Position numbers and translations under genes: made by a program. From NCBI RefSeq assembly GCF_001194135.2, contig NC_068983.1, positions 31,690,050-31,754,049 on the forward strand: DNA of 64,000 nt, read 5' to 3'. Below are positions 1-12,800 of the stretch, in pieces. Under the pieces are notes generated by a model. It was not told the DNA's origin and did not search any database. It was given only the letters and a program-made list of their open reading frames with translations. Source of the stretch: Octopus bimaculoides (lineage: Eukaryota). How positions within the stretch are numbered: the stretch's first letter is position 1; each line of letters starts with the position of its first letter.

Positions 1-1142
1 TCTGGAGATGCTGAAGCTTAAACTCAGCTTCAATTTCATACCAAGAAACACTCAAATTTAACTCTGAGATACACAGAGGAAATCATTTAAATGTGGTTGT
101 GGTGGTTAGTTTTGACGATGGAAAGCCAGTGTCTGGTGAGATATAATGGTGTATAAGACTTAAACATTAAGCTTCTGACACTAGCCTATCATCTTTCTAA
201 GTATTTGCAATGTTGTGCTTTGTGCAGTGAAATCCCCATAATGTGGTGCTAGTGGTGTTAGCATTAGTAATGGCAGTGATGATGGCAGTGCTAACAGTAT
301 ATAGTCTTAGAAGCTGAAATGTTATAATTTTCACAAAATTTCACTTTCAGAATCTTAACATAGCAACCACTGAACTGCAACTGCAAGATTTAGATTAGAA
401 ACCTTGCTAAAAGTCATAGCATTGTGCCTCTAAGAACTTTAGCACATCTGGCTAAAAGCAACAGACATCCCTCATACTTTAGAATTGTAAACCATTAGCT
501 CCAAGAACAAACCCATTTATAACCAACAATCACAATTATCCCAGTTACAAATCTCAGTGTACTCTACAATACTTAATAATAATATTAATAATAAAATTAT
601 ATTATGGTTAGATCAGTTTTGCAAGAAGAAAGGAATAGCCACATGATTTGAACTCCAGTATATTAGTAAAAATGAGATTTTTTAATATGTTGATAAAATC
701 AGTACCAATCATACACCATGGTCAATTCAAGCTACACCCTCCCACCATATCTAAATTGTGGCCTTATGCTAACAACAAAAATTTCAATTTATCACAACTG
801 TATTGCTGTCTATGATTTGCATGTCATTGTTGTCAGTCATCATTGTCATCAACATCATCATTTGAACAACTGTTTTTCTCTATTAGCATAAATGAAATAA
901 GTCTGTAACACAGCACACCATGCATCTCAATCATTTGATATCTCTTCTGTGAAGTAAGATGGCTAGAGCTAGGAATCAAAAATAGATCAATAACCCACTA
1001 CATACACCAAGATCTTACTTTCCACTTTACAGTTTTTGCCCTCTCACCAAAATCATAAAATTATTTTTAAAACTAAAACCCTTAAAATATTATCATAATT
1101 AAAAAATGTAATAATAATAAAATAAAAAAATATAATAATAAT

Positions 1143-1830
1143 AATCCTTTCTACTACAGGTAAAAGACCTGAAATTTGGAGGGAGGAGTTAGTCAATTAC
1201 ACTGATCCAGTACACAACTGGTACTTATTTCATTGACCCCAAAAGGGAGAGAGGCAAAGTCAACCTCAGTGGAATTCGAACTCGGAACATAAAGACAGAC
1301 AAAATGCCATTAAGCCTTTTGTCTATTGTGTTAATGATTCTACCAGCTCACCATCTGAATAATAATAATAACAATAATAATAATAATAATAATAGTAATC
1401 CTTTCTACTTAAGGCACAAGGCCTGAAATTTGTGGGGAGAGATTAAGCTGATTACATCAACTCCAGTGTTTCACTGGTACTTAATTTATTGACCTCAAAA
1501 GGATGATAGACAAAGTCAATCTTGGCAGAATTTGAACTCAGAACATGAAGACGGACGAAATGCTGCTAAGCATTTTGCCCGGCATGATAATGATTCTGCC
1601 AGCTCACCAGCTTTTTAATAATGATAATAATCCTTTCTAATATAGGCACAATGTGGAGCAAGGAGGGGTAGTCGATTAAATTGACCCCAGTACATGACTG
1701 GTACTTTATTTTATCAACCTGAAAGGATGAAAGGTAAAGTAGACCTTGGCAGGATTTGAATTCAGAACATAAAGAACTGGAACAGATGCTGCAAGTCATT
1801 CTGCCTAACACTTTAACGAGTCTGCCAATA
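1143..1830 (-). mobile_element. Three tandem copies of an approximately 210-bp tRNA-headed SINE separated by (AAT)n
   Basis: Units at about 1143-1356, 1398-1615 and 1630-1830; B-box-like GAGTTC(G/A)AATTC and shared core gaggttgactttgcctttcatccttt..ggggtc.ataaa.taagtaccag on the minus strand. Confidence 0.85.
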
Positions 1831-2498
1831 AATGACAGAAAGAACTTACAGTCATCTTGCCATCCCAAGAGAATTCATACCACAATGAATCAATGCTAGA
1901 CATTCCATTTGAAGCAAAGATTTTCTGTCTTTTTCAAAGAAACAATTTATTCTAATCCATTCAATATTTCAAGTAAAATTCTTTTAAAAATAGGTTCAAA
2001 CGTCATATTCAAATTATTTTTGCTTCTTATTTTATTATTTTTTGTTGTGTGCAGATGTTGTTGATACACTGGCACCAATTTTTTTTTTTTTCCCAAACAT
2101 TTCAATTGGTATGTCTTCCCAAAATCTTTAGATACCTTATAAATTTTTTTTATCATTCAGAAGTTACTACAAAATTTTTGGTTGTGTTTGTTATTCTTTT
2201 GTTTTCCAAAAGCATCTCAAATTAATGACAAAACGAAAGAAATCTGCCAAAGAAAGGAAAGGGGTGAATGAATGAGGAGGAAAGTAAATTAGGAGAGAGA
2301 CTCAGACAGAGGGAAATAAAACAATGTATGGAATTGTTGCCATCTTTATAAGAGCAAAAAAAAGATATTTGTTGATTATTTTTAGATATAAGTGAAAGCT
2401 ATTCCTTCCTTTAAAAGAAAGAAGAAAAACAAGAGAAAGAAAAAATTTGCAGGAAATGCACAAAAATATTTTTAAAAAAACTTTTGAATAGATTTCAC

Positions 2499-2623
2499 CT
2501 GAATGCACTTCCTTTTCCACCCATGGTAATATAGGACGTGTCACTGACATTTCGCCGATGACCTTTGACAGCATTGCAAGGAGACTGTGGTGGCGTAATA
2601 GATATCAAAAGTTGATTTTCATT
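2499..2623 (-). CDS. AAK1: Exon with TPPQSP and GHRRNVSD motifs (NENQLLISITPPQSPCNAVKGHRRNVSDTSYITMGGKGSAF(R))
   Basis: 125 bp, pyrimidine tract plus TAG acceptor, CAG|GTGAAA donor; corresponds to AAK1 TPPSSP...GHRRILSD. Confidence 0.88.
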
Positions 2624-3098
2624 CTACAGAGAAATTAAAATATAAAGTGTTCATTTTGTAAAAATTAGATCAATACTAATAAGCAGGAGTATCTACAGTA
2701 AAATCGTTATTTTATAATTTGATTATTTTAATTTTTAAAGAGTAAATAAAAACAGATTAAATTATAGATTCAACCTTCTGTTTCGGAGGGCTGAACTTCC
2801 ATTTCATTCTTTTAAGATTGCTTGAATATAATACATGGGTCAATTTAGTCCATACACTCATCCTTGTGGCATTATACTAGCAACTAAGATTTAGATTCAT
2901 TGCAAAATTTGTTGTTGTTCATGATGTATATAATATCATTTTCATAGTATTAGAACATGTTTTTCTCCAACAGCATAAATTAGATAAGTCAGAAATACTG
3001 TATTTCTTCAGATATCTCAGCCACTGCAATTTCATACATTTACTTTCATCCAGTTTCAATCATTTATTTACTTCAAATAAATAAATTATATATATATA

Positions 3099-4373
3099 TT
3101 GTGTTGGCAAGAAAGTAATTTCGTTTTCTACAAATAGATAGAGTTGCGATTCTTTTTAGTGATTTCTCTCAATGTTACAATTTTTTATTTTTGACATTTG
3201 ATAGCCGTTACTTTTAGCTTACTTTAGAAGCAAATTGTGCGTAATTTTGTTTACAGCTGTTAGTTCAGTGTCAATTTTAACATGGCGGACAAAAACGAAC
3301 ATTTTTGCCATATTTTGCTTTTTTATTTCCATAAAGGCAAGAAAGTTACTGAAGCTAACAAAGAGATATGTAAAGTTTATAGTGTTGATTGCTTAACAGA
3401 ATGCACATGTCAGAAATGGTTTTAAAAATTCCATTCTGGAGATTTTTCACTCAAAGATGACCAACATTCTGGTTGACCTACTGAGGTTGATGATGACCGA
3501 ATCAAAGCCATAATTGAATCTGATTGTCATATACTGTGCGAGAGATTGCAAAGAGGTTAAATGTATCACACACAGCAACTGAAAATCACTTAAAATGTCT
3601 TGGTCTCATTAAGAAGCTTGATATTTGGGGCCCATATAAATTGAAAGAGATTCACTTGACACAATGAATCAATATTTGCAATATGCATCTCAAACGCAAA
3701 GAAATCAATCTTTTTTTTTAAATGAATCATCACTGATGATGAAAAATGGATTGTCTACAATAACATCTACTTAAAACAATCATGGTCCAACTGTAATGAA
3801 CCTGAAGAAACATCATCGAAAGCTGAATTGCATCAAAAAAAGGTTAGGCAGTCAATATGGTAGGATTACAAAGGTGTTGTGCATTTTGAGCTGCTTCCAA
3901 GGAACCAAACGATCGATTCAGATGTTTACTGTCAATAACTAATTAAACTGGAGGAGGCAATCAAAGAAAAATGGCCAGAATTGGCATATCAAAGGACATG
4001 ACAACGCTAGACCACACACATCTTTGCTGACTCGTGAAAAATTTATTGGAGCTTGGTTGGGAAAGGATGTTACATCCACCATATAGCCCTGACCTTGCAC
4101 CATCAGATTACCATTTATTTTGAAGTTAGCAAAATTCTTTGAATGGTAAAACTTTCAATAATGGTGATGACCTGAAATCATACTTGCTTCAGTTTTTGGC
4201 TGATAAGGACCAGAAGTTCTATGAGCACAGAATCATGAAGTTGCCAGAAAGATAGCAAAAGGTCATCAAACAAAATGGAAAATATATAACTGATTAAAGT
4301 TCATTCTTTGTATGAAACAAAAATTTCTTTAATTTCAAACTAAAAAACCGAAATTACTTTCTTGCCAACCCAA
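3099..4373 (+). mobile_element. Full-length but inactivated mariner (DD34D) transposon, 1275 bp
   Basis: TIRs ttg(t/g)gttggcaagaaagtaatttcg at both ends with flanking TA; transposase relic 3282-4297 with ITDDEKW, HDNARPH and YSPDLAPSDY (34-residue spacing after correcting one frameshift), plus stops and frameshifts. Confidence 0.93.
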
Positions 4374-4512
4374 TATTATTCTTTAGCAATAATAGTATTG
4401 ATGGTGACTTTGAAGTTTCAATCTGCTAAGTCATCATCAGATTATCCAACAATAGCAGGCCAAAACTTTGAAGTCACTGTCTTGGTAAAGAATAATAAAT
4501 ATGTATTGCATC

Positions 4513-5235
4513 TTGAGAGAAAAAAGTTGGGCATAAAAAGCATTAGATGTGATGTGCAAGAGAGACGACTGCACTGGTATGGTCATGTGATGCATATGGA
4601 TGAGGACAGCTGCATAAAGAAAAGCTAATCTCTAACTGTGGAGGGAACTTGTGGCAGAGGTAGACCCAAGAAGACATGGCACGAGGTGTTGAAGCATGAT
4701 CTTTGAACTTTGGGCTTCACAGAGGCAATGACTAGTGACCGAGACCTTTGGCAATATGCTGTGCTTGAGAAGACCCATCAAGTCAAGTGAAATCATAGTT
4801 GTGGTTGATGCTAGTGTCACATAACTGGCACCCATGCCGGTGGCATGTAAAAAGCATCTTTTGAGCACTGGACCTCACAAAGGTACAGTGGCTGATGCCG
4901 GTGGCACATGAAAAGCACCTTTAAAGTGTTGGGCCTCATGGAGGCAATGACGAATGACCAAGACCTTTGGCATTATGTTGTGCTTGAGAAGAAGACCCAT
5001 CAAGCCAAGTAAAATCGTGACAGATACTGATGTCATGCAAATGGCACCTGTGCCAGTGGCATGTAAAAGCACCCATTACATTGTTGGAGTGGTTGGCATG
5101 AGGAAAGGCATCCAACTGTAGAAAACCATGCCAAATCAGACTAGTGTCTGATGCAACCTCCCAACTTGCCAGCTCTGCTAAAATCGTCCAACCCATGCCA
5201 GCATGGACAATGGGCATTAAATGATGGTGATGATG
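4513..5235 (+). mobile_element. RTE LINE 3' fragment with internally duplicated ORF end
   Basis: RRLHWYGHVMHMDEDSCIKK; the GRGRPKKTW...DRDLW segment is followed by a second copy of the ORF end at about 4930-5010; (GAT)n tail at 5222-5241. Confidence 0.88.
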
Positions 5236-5824
5236 ATGATGATACTCTACAGAAAGTATCAAAGAATCCTTCGTAAAAAAACATTTATACATACTGACAG
5301 AGTAGATAATTGCCCTATGAGTGATGCAAAGCTAGAACACTGAACTGCACAGTTTCGACCGAATGGGAACTACCAACGGTCTACCTCCATTGCTATAAAT
5401 GGTTTATATGTGCTTGTAGCACATACAGTCACAATTAATTAAATACTTAGTTAGGGAGCAAGGGAGAGAGGAAGGAAGGAAATGTGCTTGGGTGGGTGAG
5501 TGGACAGACAGATTTAACATTTGGCATTTCTTTTACATGCATCTACAAATGGCTTTACTGCTCAACTTCCCTCTCATCATTCCACTTGCATACTCAAACT
5601 TTCTCATACAGTTAGTGGAGATTACTGGCTACGTTTCACAAGTGTACAGCATCACAATTTGTGTTACTTGTGTTCCATGTTATATTACTGTTTATGGAGA
5701 GTGAAAGAGAGAAAAAACTTTGATGTAAACAGAGAAATGATTGCCCAGAGTGAAGTAGATAAATAAAGAGATAAATTTATATTGGGAGGAAGAAATCGAA
5801 ATAATAAAAAGTATATACACAGAC

Positions 5825-6792
5825 CTTTTTCACTTTGGGTTCTACTTTGGGAACTTTCATGCAACCTTTATTGATGTGCTCAGTAAATTTCTGAGCGTCT
5901 TTGGTCTGTTGTAAAGCTGCTATGTTGGATTCAGACCCTGCACCTTTCTCCTTGCTTGATCGGCTAGTTAACGCTAAGTTCACTGATGCCAAAGGGGCAG
6001 AAACAATTTTATCTGATGACAAATAGTCAGCAGAATAACCCCCACCTTCAATGTTTGCTTGACCAGACTGACTACTACTCACTGTCAGAGGAGAAGAGAG
6101 ACCAGAACTAGCAAACTGATCAGGATTAGTGGTATTTGTAGCATTTGACATGGTTGCCTGGGGTTTATTCTTTTGTTGCTGTTGATGATGTTGTATTTGC
6201 TGCTGCTGATGATGTTGTTGTTGTTGTTGTTGTTGTTGTTGTGGTGGTTGTTGTTGTTGTTGTTGTTGTGAGGAAGCTAAATTTGAAAGAGAAATTGCAC
6301 TGCCTGGAGGCAGTTGAGTCTGTGAGGCTGACACAGCTTGTTCTTGTTGCTGCTGTTGTTGATTATGTAGATGTTGCTGCTGCTGCTGTTGTTGTTGTAT
6401 ATGTTGCTGCTGTTGTAGATGATGTTGTTGCTGTTGAGGATGGTGTTGTTGCAATTGTTGAGAGTGGTGTTGTTGTTGTTGCTGCAGTTGTTGAGAATGT
6501 TGCTGTTGCTGTTGTAAATAAGCTGACTGGATATGTTGTTGGGGCTGTGATGATTGTTGAGGTTGTTGCTGCTGTTGTTGTGGTTGCTGCTGTATAAATA
6601 CACATTGGTTAACATTTGATGAACTGGTCGATGGAGCTGATTGTTGGGGAGCAGTTGGAAGGGATTTCGACATTTGTCCTTGATTGTATGAGTGTTGAGA
6701 GTCAAACTGGTGCACTGACATAGTCACAGCACCATGTGGTAATGGTTGCATTGGAGACACAGCATTTGCTGCAGGTGATGTCTGTGGTAGTT
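5825..6792 (-). CDS. AAK1: Large Q/H-rich low-complexity exon ((E)LPQTSPAANAVSPMQ...polyQ...KVEPKVKK)
   Basis: Inside ORF 5777-6889; acceptor TACAG at 6794-6793 fits phase 1; putative donor AAG|GTCTGT gives the phase 0 needed by the next exon. The 3' boundary is less certain. Confidence 0.88.
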
Positions 6793-7374
6793 CTGTAAAT
6801 AAATAATGAATAAATAAATAACTACTAAATTTCAAAACTGACAACACACTATGGTTGCTATCCACACTATCGGTAAAATTATCATTCATTCACCAGGGCA
6901 AGTTCAAGAGGAGATTCCTTCAGGACAAATTCCTTCATGAATCCACCCAGCACCATTTATTTGATTCTGGGTTTTACTTGCCATGCTTTAAAACAAGGAT
7001 GATTTTTAGGCACCTAAGTGAAATTTAATTCAGAATGCAGAAAGCTAGAATAAATACTGCAAGAAATATAGTCCCACCTTCTTATAGTTCTGATAATCCA
7101 CTATGCTATACTAGTACTTTTTTAGAGAACCCAAAAGGATAAAAGACAAAGTTATTCCTGATGGGATTTGACCTTAGAACACAGGGAGTCAAAACAAATA
7201 CAAGACATTCAATCCAATACCCCAACAACTCTGCTGATTCACCACCTGATATTTAAATAATGTATCTCAAAATTTAACAAATAATTATCCTGGTTAAGAA
7301 TGTGAACACTTTCTGAGAAATGAAATAGAAATTCCAAGTTGAAATCCAATTTCATAGGGTATCATCATTATTAT

Positions 7375-7815
7375 CATTGTTTTACATCCACAATCCATGC
7401 TGGCATGAGCTGTACAGGTCTACTCACTTGATGGGGTGTCTTCCCCTACACAACATACTGTCAATTAATATGGTCCTTCGCTATCTCATTCACAAGGTGT
7501 AACAACTTCAGCTCTGTCTTCACCACTTTCTCTTAAGTTTTCCTAAGTCTCCCTCTTCCACAGGTTCCAATTACTTCAAACATACAGCTCATCTTTATAC
7601 AACTGTCCTCCTCCTCCTCCATACACATCACAAATCCATAAGAAGTCTTCTCTCTTATGCACCACAACTGATTCCTCTTGTTCAGTTTTTCACTCTGCTC
7701 ATCTGTGCTTTGTTGCACACTAGTATTACATATCCAGCAGAACATGCCCACTTCATTTCTTTCTAGCCTTTATAGATCCTCTATGTTCAAGCTCCCTATC
7801 TCACTACCATGTAGT
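7375..7815 (-). mobile_element. Older RTE 3' fragment
   Basis: EEDSCIK...GTCGRGRLRKT (ORF 7533-7751) plus degenerate tail. Confidence 0.8.
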
Positions 7816-7825
7816 GATTGCACTT

Positions 7826-7828
<3 letters not shown>

Positions 7829-7867
<39 letters not shown>
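7829..7867. repeat. (CA)n microsatellite
   Basis: Direct reading. Confidence 0.95.
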
Positions 7868-7869
<2 letters not shown>

Positions 7870-9130
7870 TATCTGAATCATTTGTTATTCACAAGGGTCA
7901 CCTTTCCCATATTTAATCTAACTTATAACATTCAGAATTTTCTTTGGTCTATCTCTAATATGAGCAGACAAATCTTCCAAATACCAAACCCTGTTTATCT
8001 TTAAAAAATAAACATTGAATAATATAGTTATTACAGATTGTCAGAAACAAAATGATGGGCTCATGATGGTTAGAAAACTTAGGTCTGCTCTTACAGCAGT
8101 GACTTGGGGCTATGCAACAACAAGGCTATTTTTCATCAAAGCTGTCTATATCAATGCAGTTTCTTCCCCTACATACATTAACAAATCAAGCCAACGAGAG
8201 AGCTGCTAGATAGTTAGTCCTCTTGATATAAACAACCAAATCTTAAAAACAGGGACATGTAAGATAATACTGCCCTGGCACCACTGTGCCAAAGCAAAAG
8301 ACAGTTACAGTTGGATGACCATAATCAAACAGGCTGGTCTGCTCAATTGGAGTTGATCTAATGCTCAATGGCAATGATATGAACCAATATTTACTGCTGT
8401 AAATTTATTAGATCTGCATATATCTCCTCTCAAATGTAGATGTACTTCATATTTTTCTTTGTTTTTATTTTTACATCAATGTAAACATTAATTGTACAGA
8501 TCAGTAAATTAATATATTTTCATGTGCTTTTGATACTTGCATTTATAAAAGTGAACACTTTGCACAAAATATATTATCAAAGCATAATTTTAATTCATTT
8601 ATAACAAGAGTAAATGAAAGGTGGACATCTTGGCTTTTTCCCATGAACATTCATTCATAATAGACAAAACATGAAGATACAAGAAGAAATACAAAATGGT
8701 TTAGTTTGTAGTAAAGATGTCACAAGCAAATTGTCCCTAAGTAGGCCTTTGCACATTTATCCTACATTTAACACTGACAGTAAAATTATAGGCTTTTTTT
8801 TTTATTGGAAGTGTATCTCAACAGTCAACCAGCCAAATATCAAAAAGAATTTGCTGACTTAAGTGGGAACTTAAAACACAGCAATATGGTTATTCATTCA
8901 GACACTACAGTTAATATAATCATTCTTAATGCATCACAGGTATACATTTCATTATAAATGCAATAAAATGTAGATATAGTTGCTCCAATACACAGATACA
9001 CACAATTCTTTGCCTTTTTCACAAACAAGTCTTTGCCTTTGCAGTTTTGTACATACGCATTCAAACAAACTGACATCCTAATACAAACACACAAACATGT
9101 AAGTGGAAACCATTGGAGTGGAAAACTCAC

Positions 9131-9294
9131 CACCTTGTGGAGTGGTAAGCTGATTGCTATTCCCAGGACGTTTTCTTGAAGATACAGATGTGTGAACAGG
9201 CAGACCAAGTCCCCGAGACTGTGGCATAGCTTGCCCTTTTGGCCGTTGCCGAGGAGTAACTGACGTTGTTTCAATTGTAGGGGTTGTAACAGTT
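9131..9294 (-). CDS. AAK1: Exon with TETS..PRQRPK-type motif (TVTTPTIETTSVTPRQRPKGQAMPQSRGLGLPVHTSVSSRKRPGNSNQLTTPQG)
   Basis: 164 bp, CAG/GTGAGT; PRQRPK conserved in AAK1/BMP2K; phase 2 in, phase 1 out. Confidence 0.92.
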
Positions 9295-10131
9295 CTGAAA
9301 GAAAATAGGTATATGCCTGATTAAGAAACTGCCATGATTCGTCTCATATTTCTTATTCACATCACTGGTGTTATCACAGTCATCACCATTATCATCATCC
9401 TCACCATCAGCAACACCAGTAGCACAATCAACATCACAATAATCATCATCCAACTCTTCACAATTTTCATCTTTGTCACAAAATCAATAAACTTATTGAA
9501 ATACTGCCTTCCATTTTTAGTTAAACCTATTCAGTTATTTTGAAAACTATTTTTCTTCTTTTCTAAACTACAGACATGCATATTTTCACAAACCCATCTG
9601 AGTCGGTTACGCAAAGGCATCAACAAAAAATAATCATGGTTGCAGGTATGGCTGTATCATTAAGAAGTTCACTTTGCAACAACAAGACCCCAGGTGCGAT
9701 CTCATGTCAAAGTGTTTGAGGCAAGTGTTTTCTACAAGACATTTAAGTTGACCTGTGCCTTTTGAGAGAAATTTGGTACACAGAAATAGTGCAGAAACCT
9801 GTCATGTATACATATCAAGATCATAATTTTAGTTGACTTTCCATGCTACCATGAGTTAGATGATTTGACAAGATCCAAAGTGTTGGAGAATCACAGTTGT
9901 GCTCCAGTGTCATAACTTTGGCATGGTTTCTAGAGCTGGATGCCCTTCTTAACATCAACTACTTTATAGACTGTACTGGATGCTTTTACCATGGCACCAG
10001 CATTGTGTGTGTGTGTGTGTGTGTGTATGTGCACGTGCATCACTCACTGACATATATGGAAAATGCAAACATCAGAGAAGAAACCAAAAACCTGATGCTT
10101 TTTCATTAAAATCCAGTGTGATATTTGTTCC

Positions 10132-10250
10132 AGCAAGTTAGATAATCCTGACCCATTTGAAGCAAGTTAGATAATCCTGACCCATTTGAAGCAAGTTAGA
10201 TAATCCTGACCCATTTGAAGCAAGTTAGATAATCCTGACCCATTTGAAGC
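10132..10250. repeat. Perfect 29-bp minisatellite, 4.1 copies
   Basis: Unit agcaagttagataatcctgacccatttga at 10132, 10161, 10190 and 10219. Confidence 0.97.
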
Positions 10251-11669
10251 CTGTAGTCAATAATGCTACTGTTCACCAATTCTGACAAATTCTTTTTTTT
10301 TTAATCCTTGTCAAATGTAATGCTTATTTTTTCGCATTGTTTTCACTTAATCATGCATTATCTTATAGCTTCGAAATTTTGATGATATTATTGTATATTT
10401 TTAGAATGACACTGTAGGGTAGATGTGAGAAGCCAGATCTGGCTGGTTTGATCATAAACAGGTAGACTATTTGGGTCAGATATGGCCGGTTTAAATGTTA
10501 AAAGGTTAAATAATTCCATGGTTCTTTGTTTTTGCTTTTCACTTTCAAGTTTGCCATATCTATCTGCATTGTACTATATTTAAAGAAATCTAAAGAAAGA
10601 TTTACTTTCAACCTTGATCATTAAAAAGAAAATATAAAAAAAATTATTTGCTGAATCTATAGTTTTTACATTTTCTTTATTGAAAGAGTCCCTATCTTAG
10701 TCCTTATGATCTTGTCAGGTCCTCCAAAACAGGTGATATTGATACAGTTCATGTCACTTCCAAGATGTGTAAGTCAATGTCTGCAGAATAATGTGGAGAG
10801 AGGGGGAATTATAGATATTTAATGGTCTGGGGAAGAAGAATTAAAATAAATAGTGAAGGGGTTGGAGAGATGATCCATAGTAAAAGTGCAACAAATGAGC
10901 CAGTATGTTAGATGGGGAGAGTATTAACTACATCAGAAGAGATGTGCCCACAGTAATAGCAATAGAATAAATCAAAGGATAAAGGTTGTGAGAAAGTTAT
11001 ACTTGGATTCCTTAAAAATGACCTGAATGCATAACCAAAAAATAAGTACTTTCAGTATCAAAATATGAAAAAGATTTCACAATCAAATCTCTAGCTTGAT
11101 CTAACATCAAAGACGGAGAATCAGAAGAAATGACACTACGAAAACTCATGGGTAAAAATTTGGAGAAAAGAATAAAAGAGGGATTTCGAAATTGATAGTG
11201 GTTTAATTACTAAACATGGAAGTGAGTATTGTAAGAAAGCAGTATTAGTTACACTAGAGCATCAACACATGGAGAAATGGGATCAATAATCTTCTAGATG
11301 AGGGTGTCATTTCCTTTAAGAAATAAAGATCCCTAGTTCAAATGCAATACACTATTATGTACTCATTCAGAAATAATCAGAGATTAAACCATGAGTCAAC
11401 TTTCACCTGTTTCCAAATAAGGTAATATTTTCCACCCAGTCCAGACATATTTTCATAAAAGACTGCAAAGAACAACACTTGCATGATGGTGATATTTGTT
11501 TCCTCTCACACACTTACACAAGGAGATACACACAATGGGGTTCTTTTTAGTTTTTGCCTATCAAATTCACTAACAACACTTGGTTGGTCTGGGGTTACAG
11601 TTAAAGAAACTGAACTCAAAACCACATCACAAAGCTATGCCAGCAACTAAGCCATGTTGTGTATGTATA

Positions 11670-11890
11670 TATCATCACCATCATCATTCAATATCTGCTT
11701 TCCATACTGGCATGGGTAAGACAGTTTGGCTAGAACTGGCAAGCTGGAGAGTTGCACCAGGTTCCAGTTGTCTGTTTTGGTTTCTATAGGTGGATGCCCT
11801 TCCTAACACCAATCACTTCACAGTGTGCTGGGTGCTTTTTATGTGGCACTAGTACAGGTGTGCTTTACATGGTACTGGCACAGGTGTTTA
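11670..11890 (-). mobile_element. Degenerate RTE-type tail copy
   Basis: (CAT)n, then ggatgcccttcctaacaccaatcact...gggtgctttttatgtggcac. Confidence 0.65.
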
Positions 11891-11923
11891 CATACATAGT
11901 AGCATAATAAATGAATGACTTAC

Positions 11924-12006
11924 TTGTATAAGGTTGTTTTGACTTGTTTAAATTCCTGTTCTGTCATTGGACATGGTAATTTGGTTACATCAGGAATTGG
12001 TAAACT
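11924..12006 (-). CDS. AAK1: Post-kinase exon (SLPIPDVTKLPCPMTEQEFKQVKTTLY(K))
   Basis: 83 bp, TAG/GTAAGT; phase 0 in, phase 2 out, fits both neighbours; resembles the AAK1 P...LP.P segment. Confidence 0.85.
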
Positions 12007-12609
12007 CTACAAAGGAAAGGGAATAAGTAATCAAAATAAAATGCTTTTCTACAATCAGAAAACTACATAAAGTTAGAGTTGTGCAACACTTGAATTCATC
12101 TTCCCTTTATAGTGCATAGTCTTGGTATAGAATGAACTTTGCAAGGCGAACTCTAAGTTCTCAATAAACAGGTAAAGCTAAATGAAAGCCCAATGTAAGA
12201 TTTGTCATCTTTGTATAATTTACATTTAACCTTGTTGAGTGAAAAACAATTTTTAGCTTTAAATAAATGATAGTTAGTTCTCAAAAGAGTAAGTCTGCAA
12301 GCTAAGTAGAATGTTTTATACTCTCATACCACATGATCCAAATAATGATTTCTAACATTAGAATAAGGCCAAGAATTTTAAGGGATAGGATAAATCAATT
12401 AAGTTTACTTCAATGCTTGAGTGGTAATAATTTATCAACCCAAACAGGGACATAACTAAAAAGATAAGGAATTTACTCCTGCACTATTTCTGCAGACAAT
12501 GATGCAGTATAGAGACTGAAAGAGAAAACAGCAAAAGTCCAAACATTATTCAGCAGATGTAAGGAGAGGAATCAAAAAGTATACAAGTAATATTGTTGCT
12601 ATAATTGTC

Positions 12610-12800
12610 TAAGCTCCAGATCAGCCAGATTGAGCAGGCCCATGATCAAATGTACTGCAACCATAGTTATTCCATTATTTTGTATAGCACAGGCATTATA
12701 CTATCCAATGACTCATTCTTTAGGCTCCCTTGTCTGCTCATATAATAGGTTGCTGCTTTTGTTGAGATATGGTCATCTTAATTAAGCAGACCTAATGATA
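12610..12800. repeat. Old dispersed repeat of unclassified type, one representative copy
   Basis: The gagcaggcc.atgatcaaa...ccagc.at.acca..cca motif recurs in degenerate form at about 13210-13300, 41260-41440, 52150-52330 and 61500-61680. Confidence 0.5.

Noticed and set aside
1850-1925. Next downstream kinase exon
   Set aside because: GTAAGT is present but the acceptor is poor and no recognisable peptide results
5345-5400. Minus-strand GACCG...CGGTC-GAAAC as a hammerhead
   Set aside because: Has a stem II and GAAA but no intact CUGANGA and no valid UH; at most a relic
6145-6705. ORFs 6145-6597 (+, poly-V), 6277-6705 (-, poly-N) and 6363-6605 (-, poly-T/A)
   Set aside because: Shadows of the CAA/CAG repeat in the real polyQ exon
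10132-10250. 29-bp repeat as a CRISPR array
   Set aside because: No spacers, no cas genes, eukaryotic intron
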